Below are positions 9,818 through 22,667 of a DNA stretch of 64,000 nucleotides, one piece after another (within the stretch, counting starts at the first letter, position 1; the number at the start of each line of letters is the position of its first letter). The translations under genes and the position numbers were made by a program. This DNA is from Amoeboaphelidium occidentale (taxonomy: Eukaryota), in assembly GCA_023515795.1 (NCBI GenBank), contig JALGPX010000002.1:1-64000 (forward strand), given 5' to 3'. The notes under the pieces are model-generated. The model was not told the DNA's origin, searched no databases, and was given only the letters and a program-made list of their open reading frames with translations.

Positions 9818-11212
9818 ATGGCCAAATCTGTTAGCGTCGAAGAAAAAGAATCGCAGCCTTATGAAATCCCAAATCAGACGGAGTCAATGGAAGTCGATGG
9901 AGCAGAAGCTGCTGCTGCTGCTGCTGAAGAGGAAGAGGAAGAGCTGGAAGACGATCCGCAGAATCCACCGGCTGTTCTGACCCTGGACGCAAAGACAGGA
10001 AAAGTTTTGTATAAACTTAAGATAAAGGCTAAAACGAATCCAGACTTCTCTGCTCCTGCGACTGCGCCAGTTCACCCAAAAATTGATTACGATTCCTGCC
10101 GTGAATTACTTTCTGGCTTAAAGACTAAAGAAATTCGATTTATTTCTTCGTTGGATTTCGTGCTAAACTATAAGGATGAGTACTTTACGGAGAAGGATGG
10201 CGCAACAAAGATTTCTTATGTTACGCTGATGTACCCGAGTGGGGCTCTTGAGAAATTTCCGTTAATTTCCCCGCGCAAGGAAGGCTACAATCCTTTGATC
10301 GACTTGCGGCAGACTTTGGTTTTGTTATCTGAAGATTTTCCGGGCTTCTTTGGGCACAATATGATTTTTAGAGATCTTTTAAAAGGGCGGCTGTATGAAA
10401 TGGATGCATTACGATTGCTTGTCTCCCAATGGAATGATTATGTTTGGTTCCTGATAGAGGAATACAAAAAGCAAGGCAAGAATTTGGTGAATTTCATACG
10501 CCCCAGGCTCACAGAAGAACAAGCGAACATTTTGGGTGATCAAATCTATGCGCGCGTTGTTACGATTCCGGAGGCACTGCGACAGTACACAAGTTTTACA
10601 AAGGAAGTTTATGGTGAAACAGGAAATCAGATTGTTTATGAGATTTTGCGTAAATGCAATGTAAAAAGGAATAGTTTATTTGTTGATCTTGGCAGTGGAA
10701 TCGGTAATGTTGTGTTTCTGGTTGCTGCTGTGTCAGGCTGTAAATGTTTTGGTGTTGAATTTCTGCCTGCTCCTTTCACTTTCTCTCGCATGCAGAATTA
10801 CCAGTTCAATTCTCGCATGTTAATGTACGGAAGATCTGTTGGAAAGAATATAGAATTGGTTCAAGCTGACTTTCTGACAAATCAAAGAGTGCATGAATAC
10901 ATATCACAGGCTGACATTGTGTTTTGTAACAATTATGCTTTTGAGGTTGATGTGAATGTAAGGCTTGGTCACATTTACATGCGCTACATGAAGGAAGGCG
11001 CATATTTGGTAACATTTAAAGAATATGGTCAAGTTAATCATGTTATCAATGAGAGAAATGTTGATGATATCTCCTCAATGCTGGACGTTGAGAAGGTTCC
11101 GTATGTGTCTAATTGTGTATCCTGGACACACTCTGGCGGTTATTACTTTATTCACAAAATTAATCGTCTCAAAAGAGAAGAATTTATCAGAGCAATGAAC
11201 TCAAGGGCCTAA
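9818..11212 (+). CDS. DOT1: Histone H3K79 methyltransferase Dot1
   Basis: Motifs LRQYTSFTKEVYGE, FVDLGSGIGNVV, CFGVE, ADIVFCNNYAF and VSWT. Confidence 0.92.
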   Translation: MAKSVSVEEKESQPYEIPNQTESMEVDGAEAAAAAAEEEEEELEDDPQNPPAVLTLDAKTGKVLYKLKIKAKTNPDFSAPATAPVHPKIDYDSCRELLSGLKTKEIRFISSLDFVLNYKDEYFTEKDGATKISYVTLMYPSGALEKFPLISPRKEGYNPLIDLRQTLVLLSEDFPGFFGHNMIFRDLLKGRLYEMDALRLLVSQWNDYVWFLIEEYKKQGKNLVNFIRPRLTEEQANILGDQIYARVVTIPEALRQYTSFTKEVYGETGNQIVYEILRKCNVKRNSLFVDLGSGIGNVVFLVAAVSGCKCFGVEFLPAPFTFSRMQNYQFNSRMLMYGRSVGKNIELVQADFLTNQRVHEYISQADIVFCNNYAFEVDVNVRLGHIYMRYMKEGAYLVTFKEYGQVNHVINERNVDDISSMLDVEKVPYVSNCVSWTHSGGYYFIHKINRLKREEFIRAMNSRA

Positions 11213-11267
11213 TAGACTTGAATTTCAGCTCGAACTTTACACTTCTGTTTTCTATTTCCGTGATCAA

Positions 11268-14240
11268 ATGGCTTGCGTCAAGCATCAATTCAGTCGATTG
11301 TATTCCACAGTAAACAAAAAAGTCATAAACAAACCATATGAATACACGGTGCTCATGCCACGCACTGATTTCCCAATGAAAGCTAACGCAGCTCAGAATG
11401 AACCTTTGATCAGGAAGAATATCGTTGATCAAGTCTCTAAACACGCAGTAAGTTGTTCATATCACACTTGTATTGACTCATCAGTTCCGAAAATCATCGA
11501 ATGATAGTCAGCCTTTATTTATATTGCACGATGGACCACCGTATGCTAATGGAGATCTTCATATTGGACATGCTATGAACAAAATCTTGAAGGATATCAT
11601 CATCAGATACAAAGTACTGCGTGGACATCCTGTATCTTTTATACCTGGATGGGACTGTCATGGGCTACCGATTGAATTAAAAGCGTTACAGAATAATAAG
11701 GCGAATACAGCAAGACGCACGCTTGAGCCACAGACTATTCGCAAGATTGCTTCACAATTAGCAACAGAAACGGTTCAGAGCCAAAGCAAACAGTTTCAGT
11801 CGTGGGGAATATTAGCAGAATGGGGCGCGCCTTATCTTACGATAGATAAGGAGTATGAGTTTAGACAGTTAGAAGTGTTCCGAGAAATGGTTCGCAAAGG
11901 CTTGATACACCGCAAATTCAGGCCAGTTTATTGGTCGCCATCGAGTAAGACGGCGCTGGCAGAAGCAGAATTAGAATACAACGATAAGCACATCAGCAAG
12001 AGTGTTTATTTTCGTGTCAAGTTAAATGATTCTCCTAATCTTGCTTTGAGAAAGTTGTTGCAAACTTCGAATTTATATTTGAGCATTTGGACAACAACGC
12101 CATGGACAATTCCTGCAAATAAGGCTGTTTGCATAAATGAAACTATGGATTATGTTGTTGTCAAAGATGAACACGGATCGTGTCATGTAATCGCTGAGAA
12201 ACTGTTGCCGCATTGCTCTGATAAGATGGAAGCTTTAAAGAATTCATCCGTGCTTTTAAACATCAAAGGAAAAGATTTAATTGGCTCGAAATATTCACAT
12301 CCTCTATATTCTGGTCAAAATCAAACTGTTTACTCCGCTGATTTTGTTGATGATTCTTCAGGAACAGGTCTGGTGCATATTGCGCCGTGTCATGGTTTTG
12401 ATGATTACCAAATTGGACAGAAACACGATCTAGATTCTAGATGCTTTGTTGATGAAGATGGAAAGTATACGTCGCTCGCAGGTCCAGACTATGAAGGAAA
12501 ATCAATTTATAAAGATGGAAAAGATCTTGTTCTAAATAATTTAAAGAATACAGGAGTACTACTAGCCGAAGACGATTATCAACACAAGTATCCGTACGAC
12601 TGGAGAACAAAGAAACCAGTTATTATCCGCACAACAAAACAATGGTTCGCTGATTTGGAGACTTTAAAACAGCCAGCATTACAAGCAATTCAGAATGTTC
12701 AATTTATTCCATCATCAGGCAAAACAAAACTAGAAACATACATAAAAAACAGGAATGAATGGTGTATATCCAGGCAGCGCTCATGGGGAGTTCCTATTCC
12801 TGCTTTTTATGATGAGAATGACGAACCTTTATTGAATGACGAAATTATTGATCATTTCATGAACCTTGTTCGCAACGAAGGCTCTGATGTTTGGTGGAGT
12901 AAACCAGTTGATTATCTATTACCTGAAAAATATAAGTACTTGTCCAGTAAATTAAAGAAAGGATTTGACACTATGGATGTTTGGTTTGACAGTGGTGCTT
13001 CTTGGAACAACCTAAGAGGCAGGATAGGACAGGAAAGTGCGGATATATACCTGGAAGGCTCAGATCAGTATAGAGGATGGTTTCAATCTTCCCTTTTGAC
13101 AAGTGTCGCTTTGACTGGTGAAGCTCCATTCAAAACTGTAATCACTCATGGTTTTGTGATGGATCAAGAAGGAAGGAAAATGTCCAAGAGTTTGGGCAAC
13201 GTAATCTCGCCTGAATACATAACTTCAGTTGGATTAACAACGAAGAAAGGAAAGAAATATCCAAACTTGGCTCTTGGATCAGATGTTTTACGATTCTGGG
13301 TTGCCAACACCGATTATACAAACGACGTTGCAGTTGGTGATGAAATTCTCAAGAATACCGCCGCATCTCTAAGAAAAATACGAAACACAATTCGTTTCTT
13401 TTTGGGCAATCTGAACGATTTTGATCATTCTCAATCTGTATCGAAAGAAGACTTGTTGCCTGTTGATAAATACATTCAAGGGGCGCTCAAGAAATTGAGC
13501 AAGAAGATGCATGATCATTATGCCTCCTTTGAATTCTCCAAAGGTAACTTTCATACAATCGGTTCTTATTATTTGTAGCCATGACTGCATTGCTCAGTTT
13601 CACTGTTTCCGATTTGTCTCAATTCTACCTGGAAATCATAAAAGATAGACTCTACAATGGCAAAAAGGGCTCATTGCAAAGATTAAGTGCTCAATCTACT
13701 CTCGCTGAACTCCTCAAGTTTTACTTGTTATCTTTATCACCTGTTACCCCTCATATGTGCCAGGAAGCATACATCTATGCTGGTAAAGCACTAAAACAGG
13801 AAAACAAGAATTTATTCGAGCTCGAATGGAAAGCCCCACAAATGCTTACTCCGGAAGAAGAGATTCTGGATAGAGAAATGAAAATACTTCGTTCTGTCAA
13901 AGATACGGTAAACGTCGAAATGGAAAGAGTCAGGCAAGAAAAGATTATCGGGAAGCCACAAGAAGCGAGTCTTTCAATAACAGTTCCTCAAAGCGAATAT
14001 CAAACTCTCATGAAGCATAGCTCATTCTTGGAAGAGCTATTCAGTTGCAGTGTTGTAAATGTACAGGAATCATCAACGGGAGAAACATCGATTAAAGTCA
14101 CAAGGACACCTCTCAACCGCTGCGTTAGATGCTGGAAACACAATGTACACGAAGAAAATACGATATGCTCAGAGTGTCACGATATTGTGAAGAGTTTTCA
14201 GGGAAATAAGAAAGACGAAACGATCAAAATCGCGGCTTGA
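11268..14240 (+). CDS. ISM1: Mitochondrial (bacterial-type) isoleucyl-tRNA synthetase, 2 introns
   Basis: Motifs LHDGPPYANGDLHIGH, PGWDCHGLPIE, WTTTPWT and KMSKS, plus a C-terminal CxxC..CxxC. The N-terminus resembles a presequence. Confidence 0.93.
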
Positions 14241-14284
14241 GTCTTTTCTTTTCTTCAAAACAAAATTTGTCAAATAGAATCGCC

Positions 14285-14654
14285 ATGACATCGTTCTATG
14301 ACGAAGGTACCAATTCTTCCGGAAGAAAAAGACCCGCTCACATGTAATAGTGGAAATAGAAGATTTTGAGTTTAACGAGGAAACCAAAACATTTTCATAT
14401 CCATGCCCTTGTGGCGATAAGGTAAACTGTTATAACGCTAGAGGGCCCTAAGTGTCTAGTTTCTCATAACGCTTGAGGATCTTATGGATGGAGAGGAAAT
14501 CGCCCGTTGTCCTTCCTGCTCTTTGATCATTCGTGTCGTTTATGATCCAGTAAGTTTGCTAAATGCTTTTGCTCTAATGCCTGCGTAGGATGACTTTACG
14601 AAAGACGACGATGCAGAGGATAACAAGATCAATTTGGTGGATATCAGTGTTTAA
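14285..14654 (+). CDS. DPH3: Diphthamide biosynthesis protein 3 (CSL zinc finger), 3 introns; absent from the ORF track
   Basis: Spliced product [82 protein letters not shown]. Confidence 0.95.
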
Positions 14655-14687
14655 GTTGGAATAATAAAAGATAATGTTTTTGTTCAT

Positions 14688-16022
14688 ATGACGATTCTAG
14701 CTGGAAGATTGAGTCCGTTAATACCTCGCTTGCCATCGGTCTGCAGCACGCTACGATGCGGTCCAGTTTACTTGAGATCCTCCTACCACGCTTCAACCCG
14801 TGTGTGTATGGAAATCGCAGAAACTCAAAAGCACGATGATAAGACACAGCATGACAAAGTTGTTCCATTACACGAAACTGTTACCAAGTGGATACGATTT
14901 AATGGAGCTATATCGGTTGCGGAGTTTATGCAGTTAGCTCTTACTCATCCTAAACACGGTTATTATATGCGCGATGCTGATGTTATTGGCAAGAAGGGTG
15001 ACTTCATAACCAGCCCAGAAATAAGTCAGATATTTGGTGAGATGGTTGCGCTATGGGCTGTTAATCATTACAAGGATGCACCCAAGAGAAATCTAAGTTT
15101 GGCTGAATTGGGCCCTGGTATAGGAACATTGTTGAGCGATATGTTACGGACATTTAAAAAATTTCCTAAGTTCTTTGAAACTTTGTCTGAGATTATTCTG
15201 GTGGAGCCTTCGAGGCCCATGAGAAAGAAGCAATTAAATGCTATTGGGAAACTGTTTGATATTCAAGAGCAGCAACATGATGATCGCGCTCTGTTGGCGA
15301 ATGGCATGGAAATTAAATGGTTCGATTCTCTGAATGTTGCACAGAAGCAGGATGATCGTTCTTATGTCGTAATCGCCCATGAATTATTTGATGCCCTCCC
15401 AATTCATCAAATTCAGAGAACTAAAGATGGTCTTCGAGAAGTGCTTGTTGATATTGACGATAATAGTAATGATGGTTTCAGATTTGTATTATCTCAAAAA
15501 GAGACGCCTGTAATTACTGCAATGTCAAATTACTATGATTTAAGGGATATACCTGAAGGAGAAACGATGGAGTTTAGTCCTGCTGCATGTTCGATTCTCG
15601 ATGATATTTGCCATTTTGTTGGCGATAACGATGGCTTAGCTCTTGTTATGGATTATGGAAGGGAAGGCTATGTACCGCCTAGCCTACGAGGAATAAGAAA
15701 ACACGAGTTTGTTCATCCATTGAAGCATGTAGGTGAAACAGATTTATCGGCTGATGTTGATTTTGAATTACTAACACGACACACAAGAAAGCATTTTCCA
15801 TCTTTAAATCCTTCTAAAATGATAACTCAGTCACAGTTTTTGAAACGCATGGGAATCGATGTTCGGCTAGCTAAATTGTTGGAAGCTACGAAAGATCCAA
15901 AAGAAGCAGATAAACTTGTTTCATCTTACACCAGATTAGTTGGCGAGAGAAAGAAAGATATGGGAAGCATTTACAAATTCTGGTCACTATCTAACAAACA
16001 AGATAATTTCCCCTTCTATTGA
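14688..16022 (+). CDS. NDUFAF7: Complex I assembly arginine methyltransferase NDUFAF7/MidA
   Basis: Motifs GYYM..GKKGDFITSPEISQIFGE, ELGPGIGTL, AHELFDALP and GETDLSADVDF. Confidence 0.93.
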   Translation: MTILAGRLSPLIPRLPSVCSTLRCGPVYLRSSYHASTRVCMEIAETQKHDDKTQHDKVVPLHETVTKWIRFNGAISVAEFMQLALTHPKHGYYMRDADVIGKKGDFITSPEISQIFGEMVALWAVNHYKDAPKRNLSLAELGPGIGTLLSDMLRTFKKFPKFFETLSEIILVEPSRPMRKKQLNAIGKLFDIQEQQHDDRALLANGMEIKWFDSLNVAQKQDDRSYVVIAHELFDALPIHQIQRTKDGLREVLVDIDDNSNDGFRFVLSQKETPVITAMSNYYDLRDIPEGETMEFSPAACSILDDICHFVGDNDGLALVMDYGREGYVPPSLRGIRKHEFVHPLKHVGETDLSADVDFELLTRHTRKHFPSLNPSKMITQSQFLKRMGIDVRLAKLLEATKDPKEADKLVSSYTRLVGERKKDMGSIYKFWSLSNKQDNFPFY

Positions 16023-17433
16023 GCTGCTAATAGATATGGCTTGTATGCCTGAATCCATTCTTCCAACAGAGTCCAGAATTTGTGAATACACTGCGCATCT
16101 AAATGTCTCTTGTGCCTGTAAATATCAAGCGGAACAACATTCCATTGGTTTGCAACAGAATCTGTAGCTGCATCGCCATACCTCAAAAAGAAACCTTTAA
16201 CGTTCGAAAACAAATCAACTGGCTCCTCCCATTTCCACTTCTTGAACTGCCAAGCATGCCCGCTGGCAAAAACAGCAACAACATTGTCCCAGTCTTCAGG
16301 TCGAAGTCGGTCTACGTTGTCTATGACGTTATAAATGGTTGTGACTCCAGTTGTAGGATTCTTTCGACTCAACTGAATTCTTTCAGGCTTTTCGGGATTC
16401 TGACTTCGCTTAACTGTAGTTTCAATATAATTCCCCTCTTGTAGAAAATCTTTCACATTGTACAACGTCAGAAGCGATGTTAAAACTGAAGGAACAATAA
16501 TAATTGGATTGCCTCTTCGTGTCTGTTTAGCTCGCCCTGAGTCGCGCGATGATTTTGATATTTGCGCCAACCCAGCTGTAGCGTCAACAGTCTTTTCTTC
16601 CTTCCGCTGCCTGCTACTGCCACCATCCTTTGAAGCAGCAGGTGCAGAGTCTTTTGATCGCATGGCTTCAATAGCAAATTTACGGACATTCTCAAACGAC
16701 TAAATTATAAGAAATTCCACTGTGCAAAGTTACCTTTCCCTGCTTATTAGCGATAATTATCGTGTCCCTGTTCTGAAACGTTTTGTACTGCGTAAGAACG
16801 GCTGGATCTTCCCTTAGCTTTTTCAGATTGTCAGCTTTCGATAATCCTTCAGCACTCCGCTTAGCAAATGCGGCATCAGCTTTATCTTCATTCACGGCCT
16901 TCGCAGTTTGGCTTCCATCTTTAGCATCCTCTGAAATTATGTGCGCTGAAGATGCTGCTGCACCGGAAAGATAATCAAATAAATCCCTCTTATGCACCAA
17001 AGAAACGGCCTTGAATTTGGCATCACGACAGACTTTAATGTATTCCACATGGGAGTCGTCCCTCCTTAAGAATCCATAGTAAACTTCGAATAGAGTCAGA
17101 AACTCTTNNNNNNNNNNNNNNNNNNNNNTAATCAAATAAATCCCTCTTATGCACCAAAGAAACGGCCTTGAATTTGGCATCACGACATACTTTAATGTAT
17201 TCCACATGGGAGTCGTCCCTCCTTAAGAATCCATAGTAAACTTCGAATAGAGTCAGAAACTCTTTGGAGGTCGGATCCTTATAATTCGTAACTTCGGTCG
17301 CAGGGAACTTCTGCCCGTTAATATCAACCGACTTTACTTGTAAAGCGTCTGTGGTTTCTTTATCTTCGGTGTCCAGCAATTTTATTGGCGAATTATCGAT
17401 AATTGCTTTTCGCAACAGATTCAGAACGGTCAT
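16016..17433 (-). CDS. CDC73: Paf1 complex subunit Cdc73/parafibromin, 1 intron; contains an assembly duplication
   Basis: Motifs PIIIVPS..SLLTLYNVKDFLQEG, WDNVVAVF.SGHAWQFKKWKW and KRHLD..FW. The N-terminal domain has YIKVCRDAKFKAVSLVHKRDLFDYL. Confidence 0.92.
16972..17264. repeat. Direct duplicate flanking an N-gap
   Basis: 16972-17107 vs 17129-17264; difference G17031/T17188. Confidence 0.9.
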
Positions 17434-17449
17434 GATTGCAAAGACAGAA

Positions 17450-19081
17450 TTATGATCGCTTCGATTTTGGCCCTGGAAGGTCTGAAATACGATGTAACAG
17501 AGCCCATGAGTAAATTAAACCCAAAGAGCAGTAAACTGATGTTAGCATTAAAGGCATAAAAGTGAACTTGGTAGCGAGGCTTGACGACGGTATCTGAGCT
17601 TGATTTGGTTCAAATAAAAGCCTAAAATCAAACTTTTTTGTATCAATGAAAACCAGAATAAATTGCCCAAAGACTTGAATTAAGAATAAAGGTATCAGCC
17701 CAAGCAGGTAGGCAGTCTCGAGCCACAGAAATCGTAAAGTGTTTTCTTTTGAATCTTTGAATGCCATGTAACATAAGACCACGTATCCAACGAGTATCAG
17801 AACTTTTATGAGTGTTTCTTAAAACTGTTAAAACAACTTCAAACAAAATTTACCTTCTGGATTAATGAGCAAAGGGAAGAATGCGAAACTTCCAACAAAT
17901 TGCGAAAAGAAGAATGGTTTCTGTAGCTGAGGCTCTTCAAATATAATAAGAGCTAGTGGAATAGTAACCAACAAAATAGCCTTCTCATGCACATGCCAAC
18001 CAAACATAAAAGATGAATATGCGCACGAAACTAAAGCCTTTACAAAATTAACATATCGTGGATCTTTCCAGAGGCGTATAAGATATGGAAGCATGAATAG
18101 AAACGTCAAAAGAAATGTAGCTAAAGGTGGAACTTCTGGTAGGATCGCAAAGGATGCTTCTCCGACAAGACCTTGCGTAGATGAAACACCGTTAAATTTC
18201 CATCCTGGTTTGATAATTTTGAATACGAATACAAGAATACGGTCAAGAAAGGAATAAATCGCCCAGAAATTAGCAGCCCAATAAGCGTGACACAATCCTC
18301 TTTTGAATGGAAACAATCTCTTTAGTACCTGATCAAGTTGTCCAAGATAAACAAATGGTCCAAAGGAAATAGCAAATACGCTTAAGACAATAGAACCCAA
18401 TAGAAAAAGCCTTTTGAAATTAACGCGAAGACTCGAAGGCTCCATACAGTATGCGCGCAACAGAAATACGAAGTATGCAGGCGCAATGTAAATGTAAATA
18501 TGTTTGAAGTTCAGCAGGGCAGAATACAATAGACCACTCATAAGATAATTTCCTTGCTTTGCATACAAAATAGACCATACAAGAATACCAAATAGAAACC
18601 CGTTGTATTGAAAGTGGATATGATCAACATAAAGCAAGCCTGGACAAAGCAGCGAAACCAGAACATTCACAAGAGGGCTCGACTTATCAGAGCTCTTAAA
18701 ATATCGTAAAACAGCCCCAACAAGAACTAATTCTGTGAATATCACTGATAAGCGCTGAAACAGTATCGTAGCTTGACTGTCGTAGATCAGATTCGAAACT
18801 TTAAGCATTTCCTTGTCGAATAGTAAAGCAGGGAAACTAAGTGCGTACTCGAACCAGGCAAAGAATGGCGGATAATCCAAAGTCCATTCAGATGTCGCTT
18901 CATAATACCATTTCGATAGCGGTAAACTGTGAGTGATTGCGAGCCAATTCCGATGCACTTCAAAGTCTGTTGAGTGGCTATGAGTAAGATATAATCAAAG
19001 CGCAGGTATTTACTATGATGGTATTAAAAGTATTTTTATTCCCGTAAGTGCCACCAATACCGGTAAAAGCTGTTTCAACAT
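17450..19081 (-). CDS. ALG8: Dolichyl-P-glucose alpha-1,3-glucosyltransferase Alg8, 2 introns
   Basis: Motifs Y|HSTDFEVHRNWLAITHSLP, SEWTLDYPPFFAWFE, DHIHFQYNG, RLFPFKRGLCHAYWA and FGWHVHEKA. Confidence 0.95.
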
Positions 19082-19097
19082 TTTTCCGTTGAAAAGA

Positions 19098-22000
19098 TTA
19101 TTTTGTCGGAACAGCGACATAGACGATATCTTTTTCAATGTGAACCAACGTTCTATCAACTTCCTTATCTTCCATGAACTTAATTCTCATTGTGTTGTTC
19201 TTCACATTAATCTGATGACTCTCAGCACAAGCGATATTTACTGTAGCGCGACCTTTTCTTTTCACTAGAACACTAATGGTTCCGACTAGCTCAATAAGCT
19301 CTGATAACGTCTGCAGTTCATAAAAGCAATCACCTTTTGCAGAATTACGTCTGTGTAGAACAAAGAATGAATCCGTGAAAGGACTGAATGAGATTCCCTG
19401 CAAATCGCTCAGATCAAACTTCTCCTTGATACTGAGAGATCGACTTTCCAAAAAGTAAACGGTAGACTGTGTAAGGACGAGTATTTTGCCTGCTGAACTA
19501 TTTGGATTCTTTCTGTGACGCTTCTCTAGTGTTGCTGCAAACACTACCTTTTCCTGGGCTGTGTTGATTTTGTTCCATTTCTTTGCATAAGGTGCTTCAG
19601 TTAGACCAATGTGGTCGCCAGGAAAATCACACGGAATTGTACTCTTGTATCCTTTCTTCTTTTCGCAGAAGCCACTAGCTGCAGCCTTGATCTCTAGTAA
19701 AGCCTTTCTTTCTGGTGTTAGAGATTTTCTGTACTTTCTGGCCATAATTGTAACATAGAATTTCTTTAACTGAGAACTGACAAATTTAGTACAAGGAGAA
19801 CCCACAGGCCATTTAACTTTTCTCCATTCTGGCCCTGCAGCGATTACAGCTTCCTTGACACCAAACAGAATATAATCACGCCTGACATGCCGTAACCAGA
19901 ACTTTTGAATAATAGGAATCGCTTTCTTTGGCTGTCTAGCTAACATTAATCTGTATCTCTTTCTTTGAATAAATCCTCTTGCAAGTTTTGTCAAAATCAC
20001 ACAGAGAGATATTTTACGCTTGTATTTCTTTCTTTCGGCGTGCATTTTGAATGTTGCTTGAATTTTTACTGCTGAAGACTTCATTTTCTTAAATTTCTGT
20101 TTCATATTCCATGCAAGATATGTGGCTCTTATCTTGGATACAAGTTTATGCGTGTGGGCTTCTCTTTTACTTTCCAGCTGGAACAAGGTCTTTGGATCTC
20201 GAATGAAAATCTTAGAACCACCAATAGCATACTCAGCGCCACTTAGGCCTGATGATTCCATTATGGAAATGACTGCTTTTTGAATAACATCTTTGGGTTT
20301 AGGCCATGTGTCCTTAGACAGCATTTTGTATCTCTCAACAAATACGTCGAATCTTTGACGATAACAATAACCAGCACGTCTGACTCTTATGTTTTCAACC
20401 AAGCCCAAATATCTGCATTGATGCATGACTAATTGATCCTCAAACAGATCCGGAGTCTTGGTGGCATTCGGCTTAACACATCTCAGATAGTGAGGATTCT
20501 TTAACCGCAGACTCTCCATCAACTGCTGAATTGAAGATCTAAATTGACTTCCAATTGTATCAGGCCTTTTAAAATCTCCTTTACTGGCGTTCTCAGGGAA
20601 TACTTCGTTGATAGCAGTTTTAGTAGAAGCATTCAATGCATACAGGACATCCCTGCTTAACAGATCTGTATTTTTTTCAACGAACCCATCAACATTATAT
20701 GTAACGTCACCGGCATAATGTTTTAATCTAAACATGTCATTCTCCAGTGTATGATCAGTTTTGAAGGATTTCTCTCTGCTATCGTAATGCGGATGCTTAA
20801 TCACATTCTGGTTCAACTTATCCAGAAACGTCATGTCTGTTACATCACCGGGACGAAAGCATTCTTCATCCAGTAAGGCTATAATCCCTCTTGGTTTTGT
20901 CTCGATCAATTCACAAATCACAGCATTGTTAAAATATTCGATATGCGTCCATGTCAAACCTTCTCTGGCGTACTCTTCTTGTTCGGATTTAAGTGTCAAA
21001 TCAATGAATAATTGTTGAAGTCTCTCCTATAGAATAAGGTATTTAAGAATCAAGAAGTATACGTTGCAGTAATTAATACAGAATTGTTCAAAACCGTTCT
21101 TCTTAAAGACTTCAAAACCGTAAATCTAACAAATATAAGAGTTGATGTTTTTTTGAAACTTACATCTAAAACTCCGATGAGTGAGGTTCTTTCTGTTCCG
21201 CCGTGGTTCAATTTGCTATTTATGCGTTTCACAAACCATTTAAAGAATCGATCATAAAGTGATTTAGCCAAAGCATCTCTCGTATTCTCTGCTTTGCCAA
21301 CTTCCAAGGCGACTTTGAAACCACCATCACCCTTCTTGTTCATATCCTTGACAATTCTTGTGGTCAAAATGGTGAGAAGACTCTCTTCAGTGATGCCGAG
21401 TAAATCTGATGCGTACTTAAGAGCTAATGCAGACTTCTCATCCGAGACTACAGAACCTCCCTCTTCTTTCGGACTAAAGTTTATGTTTCCGAGATGAAGA
21501 ACAGCCGCCACGACTTCATAAAGTTGTATCTCTTCCTTTTCACCAATTCCAATAAGTTTCAGAGATTTCCTTACAATTTCAAACTCTGATTTATCATCAA
21601 CACCATCAAGCTCATCACAATGTGATCCAGCAAGATAATTGAATTCTTTTGGCTGGTCCTTGAGATGAAGTAAGCCTATTCGACACATAAGAAAATCAGT
21701 AAAATCAGATCTTACCTCTCAACTCATCATCAGCACCTCTGATCATCTGATAGAATATATGGAATGATCGTTCACCTTCAGTTTGCTGGATGATTCTTGC
21801 CTTCTCCAGCAAGTATGTGGTTATGTTACCACCAACAGGATCTCCACGATAATTGAACTGTAAATCCATGTATTTCCCGAAACGAGAAGAGTTATCATTT
21901 CTAACGGTTTTTGCGTTTCCAAGTGCTTCAAGGCAAGGGTTTGACTGTAAGAGTTGTTCCTTGATTTTCTCCACAGCTGTTGCGTTTGATGAAACTGCAG

Positions 22001-22429
22001 CAATGTAACGCATAATGATCTTTGAGGCTTCGGTCTTTCCAGCTCCAGATTCGCCTGTAAGATGTAAAAACTATCACTTTAAAGTGTATTGTACCTGTGA
22101 TAATGACACATTGATCTTGAGATTTATCTCTCATGTTCCTGAAGGCACTGTCTGCGATGGAGAATCTAAGCTATTAAACGGATAGACTTTAGATCTTACA
22201 TATGCGGAGGCAACTCATACAAGTTCTTGCCTTTATATTCTGCAACGAAATCGTCTCCGTAGATATCAAACTTTTTGTAGGGATTGATGGACACAATTAC
22301 TTCTCCAACCGATGTGTATATCTTTCCATTCATGAATCGATCTTTGAGATTGCTCATGATCTTCTCTTCATCTACTTCATCGAGTAGGGTGAGATCAGGC
22401 AAACCTATTGCATCCTGAGGCAACGACAT
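19098..22429 (-). CDS. Short-tailed class I myosin (motor, IQ repeats, TH1), 5 introns
   Basis: Motifs [40 protein letters not shown] and [15 protein letters not shown]. An IQ region and a basic TH1/PH-like tail follow; no SH3 or acidic tail. Confidence 0.92.
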
Positions 22430-22667
22430 TTTAAGCTCGGACAAAGAAAGTTCAAACAAGTGATTCTATTCGATGTGATCAAAGAATGGCGTTCAGCCTG
22501 TAAATATACTTCCGAATCTTGTAGAAATCTGGTGTAAANNNNNNNNNNNNNNNNNNATTTTAAGCTCGGACAAAGAAAGTTCAAACAAATGATTCTATTC
22601 GATGTGATCAAAGAATGGCGTTCAGCCTGTAAATATACTTCCGAATCTTGTAGAAATCTGGTGTAAA
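22428..22667. repeat. Direct duplicate flanking an N-gap
   Basis: 22428-22538 vs 22557-22667; difference G22460/A22589. Confidence 0.9.
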
